This document shows positions 60,522 to 64,000 of a stretch of 64,000 bases of DNA, in pieces (the stretch's first letter is position 1; each line of letters starts with the position of its first letter). This DNA is from Octopus bimaculoides (lineage: Eukaryota), in the NCBI RefSeq assembly GCF_001194135.2, contig NC_068986.1, positions 30,069,595 through 30,133,594 on the forward strand, written 5' to 3'. Below the pieces are notes generated by a model. That model was not told the DNA's origin. It made no database searches and saw only the letters and a program-made list of their open reading frames with translations. The position numbers and the translations under genes were made by a program.

Positions 60522-63500
60522 TTGTCTTAGATGCACAATACCTGAAAATAAGAAAGGATAATCATGGCTGGAACGCCTTTGATCACAAGTCTGTTTGGTC
60601 AGAGCTTATCTGGAACTGAAACATCAGCAACAACAATAACAACAACCAGCCCTGAGAAATGATAATAGTTTGAATGCACGAATCCATGAATACAGTAACA
60701 GATTGTTATCTTCAATTGTATTTACTTTCTGTTCTACCCATCTTAGTTTCTGGTCCATTATAATGATGAACAAAACGTGTCTGTCAGAGTATTTCTCTAA
60801 TATCATAGCAAGCAAAAACTCATGCAACTTTAATTATTAATAATCACTGGGATTATGGTTAGTTAATCTTTTCCTTTTTCTTTTTATAGAAGATGGCTGT
60901 TGTTATTTCTTAACAGAAAGCCACTTGTTTATAGACAGGAACTAAAAGCTGGTTTGAAATACTAGAAAACAGTGTGCTAATGTCATTTTATTTAATGAAC
61001 CATTGTTATTGAGTAATTAATGGATTATCCATGACAATTGTGTACAGCAAACATTTAGATTTTTCTGAAGAGACATTGAAAATTAAACAGCTGATGTTTC
61101 TAAATATTCAGCTCATTTTCTTTCTAATTGTAACTCATACCTCTAATTTACTGAGATGAATTAAGGGATTAGCAAGGGTACCACCAAGAAGCTATTGTAA
61201 TCTCTTTGACTACATCTGGTTCTTGCACAAAATGATATTACATTAAAAAGTCATTACTGCTATGCATATTACCTGGTATGAAAATAAATGCTAGCTGTTA
61301 CTACAGGCATATCCTACATTATAAAAATGTTGTGATCCTGAAAGTCTTGCTGTACGTTGGAATTTATAATGTGAAACCCATTTCCCATTGACTGCTATGT
61401 TATGTAGAAGTCAATGAACACAGAAGTCATGGGGAAAGGTTTCACTGCATGGAATCTTAGACTACAATAAGATATTCAAGTGCAACACTCCTATAATGTG
61501 AGGATGTTTCTATTAACTTTCTAATGAGCCAATAAGGGAGTTACTACATCCCCATCCATGCACAAAATTTTATCTGCCTTCAAATTTGAAACTGACCCCT
61601 GATAAAGACTTTAAGCAGAAAACAAAATATTGTTATACTAGGGGATAGTCATTTTTTTTTTTTGTCAATTAAACATTTGAACAACTTATTCAATCTTCAT
61701 TCCAGTTTTTATACATATTATTTTTAGTTTATATGTCTATCAAAGTTCTTCCGTCACACATTCTGTGACTTCGGCTGTGGCTCTCTGTCGCATGTGTCTC
61801 CTCTTGTCCTGCTTATTTCATTTTGTTCTTATATGAATAAAAACTGAAGTGAAGATCAAATAAATGATGCATGCGTTTAATTGGCAAAAAGAAAAGTGAC
61901 CATCCCCAAGTATAACAATATCTGTTTCAACACACGATTTCATATCAAGAATCTTGCAAAACAAACACATAAACGTTAAAAAAAAAACCTTTATGGAATA
62001 GCAAATACAAGCAAAATGAGAAAATGATTTAAGACTAAAAAAATCATTTAATATAATTTATATACCCTTGAGTTTGTTAGATTGTGGATTCATTATTTTT
62101 CTCCAGACAATTGTGCCTCAAGACGTTCTTAAGAGGAAGATTTTCTCATTTCTAATTCTCTTTTACCAGATGACTTTAAGAACCTTCCATATGTATTTTG
62201 GTGGAATTTGTCCCACTTTGTGGCCAAATCTACACACATACACACACATACACTCACATGCATGCATGCATACATATACATATGCATAAACAGTCTTTGT
62301 GGTATTGTGCACCAATGCTGTTGCATATCTTCTTATCCCTCTTGCAAATAAAAATGTTTGGTACCAGAAGAATAGAGTGAGATGGGACAAATCTATGAAA
62401 TATGAAGAATTTAGTTGACTTTATCACTTCAAACATTTGATTATCAGCCTTGTATTACATACACATAACCCATATGCATGCTCACACACACTATACACAT
62501 ACACACATGATACACACAAACACACACACACACATACACATGATGCATGCACACATGCATGGGATACACAAAATTTTGTAGGCAAAAAGCACATTTTGTT
62601 AACCATCCATCTATGAAATTTTTGCATCAGCTTTGCATGCTCTCGGAAGCATAATAATGTTACCACACCCTTTCGTAAATTATGCAACAGATGTATACAT
62701 CCTGACCTGTCTAACTGATAATATCATAGAAAAGTTTGGTGCTAAATAAAATGAGACTGATTACAATGATAAGAACTTTGATGATAGTTACCCAACTGTT
62801 ATTTCAATATAGTACCCATTTGATGATTCTTAAACTCTTCAAGCAGCTAAATTTGTTTACTTATATTCCAGCAATAAAATGAAGTCTTCAGTTCTTGTAC
62901 GTGCATCTATAACTGATTATAGTTCTAAAAATACAATATTCTGTATTTATGTTTCTTTCCTTCTTTTTTTTCTACCTTTTGTTTGTTTTTAAATATATAT
63001 GTTACTCTGGGCGTCTTGTTTTCTGTGTGGCAAAATTCCAGCCTTGATTGAAGAGATAAATGTAATAGTCTTTGGCAAAGAATCACCATTACATAACTGA
63101 CATTAGCATCAAGTGAGGTTTCTAGCTTCATCTTGTGAGAGTTTATGTATCTCTCAGAATAGACGTATGATGTCATCAGCTAAAAGACCATTTTCTTTTG
63201 CAATATAGCCATTAATTCTTCCAGAAAGAAAATCCTTTGGAAGTCAGCCAGTAGGATTATGCTGGCTTAAATTCTGAAAAATTAGAACTACAAAAGGGTT
63301 TTGCAGTAAAAAAAAAATAAAATAAAAAAATAAAAATAAAAATAAATACAAAAAACAAACAGATTAACTCTTTGTTTATTCTTGGTCAATCCAAACTGTG
63401 TATTACATTCTCTATTACTGCTTCCTACTTGTTGCATGTTCAGTGCCTGTCTATTTTCTTGTTCTATAATTCTTACACTTTATTTCATGAAATTGGCCAT

Positions 63501-63719
63501 ACGGCCTAACACAAAGGTGCTAAGAAGCAAGTGGGCTGGACACGTACAATAATGAAATGGAAGACGATAATATACATATGACATAAATGAGATGAGCCCT
63601 CAGTGCCCACCAACCGAGAACCCCTCAAAATCACTGTTCTTTTTTACAATATAAAAATTCAATTAAAAGCAGTTGAAATACATAATTCTCAAAGCTATAT
63701 TCAATCAATCAACAAATAG

Positions 63720-63900
63720 GCATGTTAAGCCTCCTAGGTCTTTTCCCCAAGCAGCCCTCTCGCGGCCTGCAGATATGCCTCCTGCGATAATTATTGCACT
63801 TTGCTCAATAACTGCCTTTGGTATGTTCTGCAGCTTCTTGTAAATTACATGTCCATCTGTTTCTTGCTGATTCTCTTCCTGCTCAGCAATTACTATTCAT
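63720..63900 (-). pseudogene. Highly decayed RTE-like LINE C-terminal remnant
   Basis: Minus frame DGHVIYKKLQNIPKAVIEQ...SAGRERAAWGKDL loosely follows the RTE pattern GHVxR...IPK...GRPRKRW...DL. Confidence 0.35.
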
Positions 63901-64000
63901 TACATGTCCACTGATTTCTCCAACTCATTATATGTTCACTAATTATGTGTATGTAGATTGTTTGCTCATTTTGTAGCCACCAGCTTTCTATTCTTCCATT

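Noticed and set aside
63160-63195. NGLLADD resemblance to SNF2 helicase motif I or the RT YADD motif
   Set aside because: The required downstream MGLGKT or surrounding RT context is absent.

Overview
AT-rich, repeat-dense eukaryotic DNA, roughly one-third GC by eye, with 7 N-gaps typical of a short-read scaffold. It reads as intronic or intergenic. The SINE, MITE and RTE families resemble those I associate with octopod cephalopods; this is an inference from memory, not a database result. No long ORF or identifiable protein-coding gene is present. Most listed ORFs are microsatellite or repeat translations, and only low-confidence short exon candidates exist on either strand. The window contains at least five tRNA-head/SINE-like families (labelled A, B, C, D, F here), two TTAA-type MITE families, RTE-clade LINE fragments, an internally deleted mariner, a decayed 5S-like sequence, a 22-bp minisatellite and many microsatellites. 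The standout is an ~850-bp insertion at 39775-40623 that splits a SINE and is flanked by a 13-bp near-perfect duplication. It is built from a 351-bp unit arranged as partial tandem plus inverted copies. Each strand carries a type I hammerhead ribozyme motif (CTGATGA...GAAA...GTC) with a 6-bp helix I and a palindromic helix III, set in a long stem. This architecture matches Penelope-like pseudo-LTRs and non-LTR retrozymes. Family boundaries are by eye and may be off by several bases.
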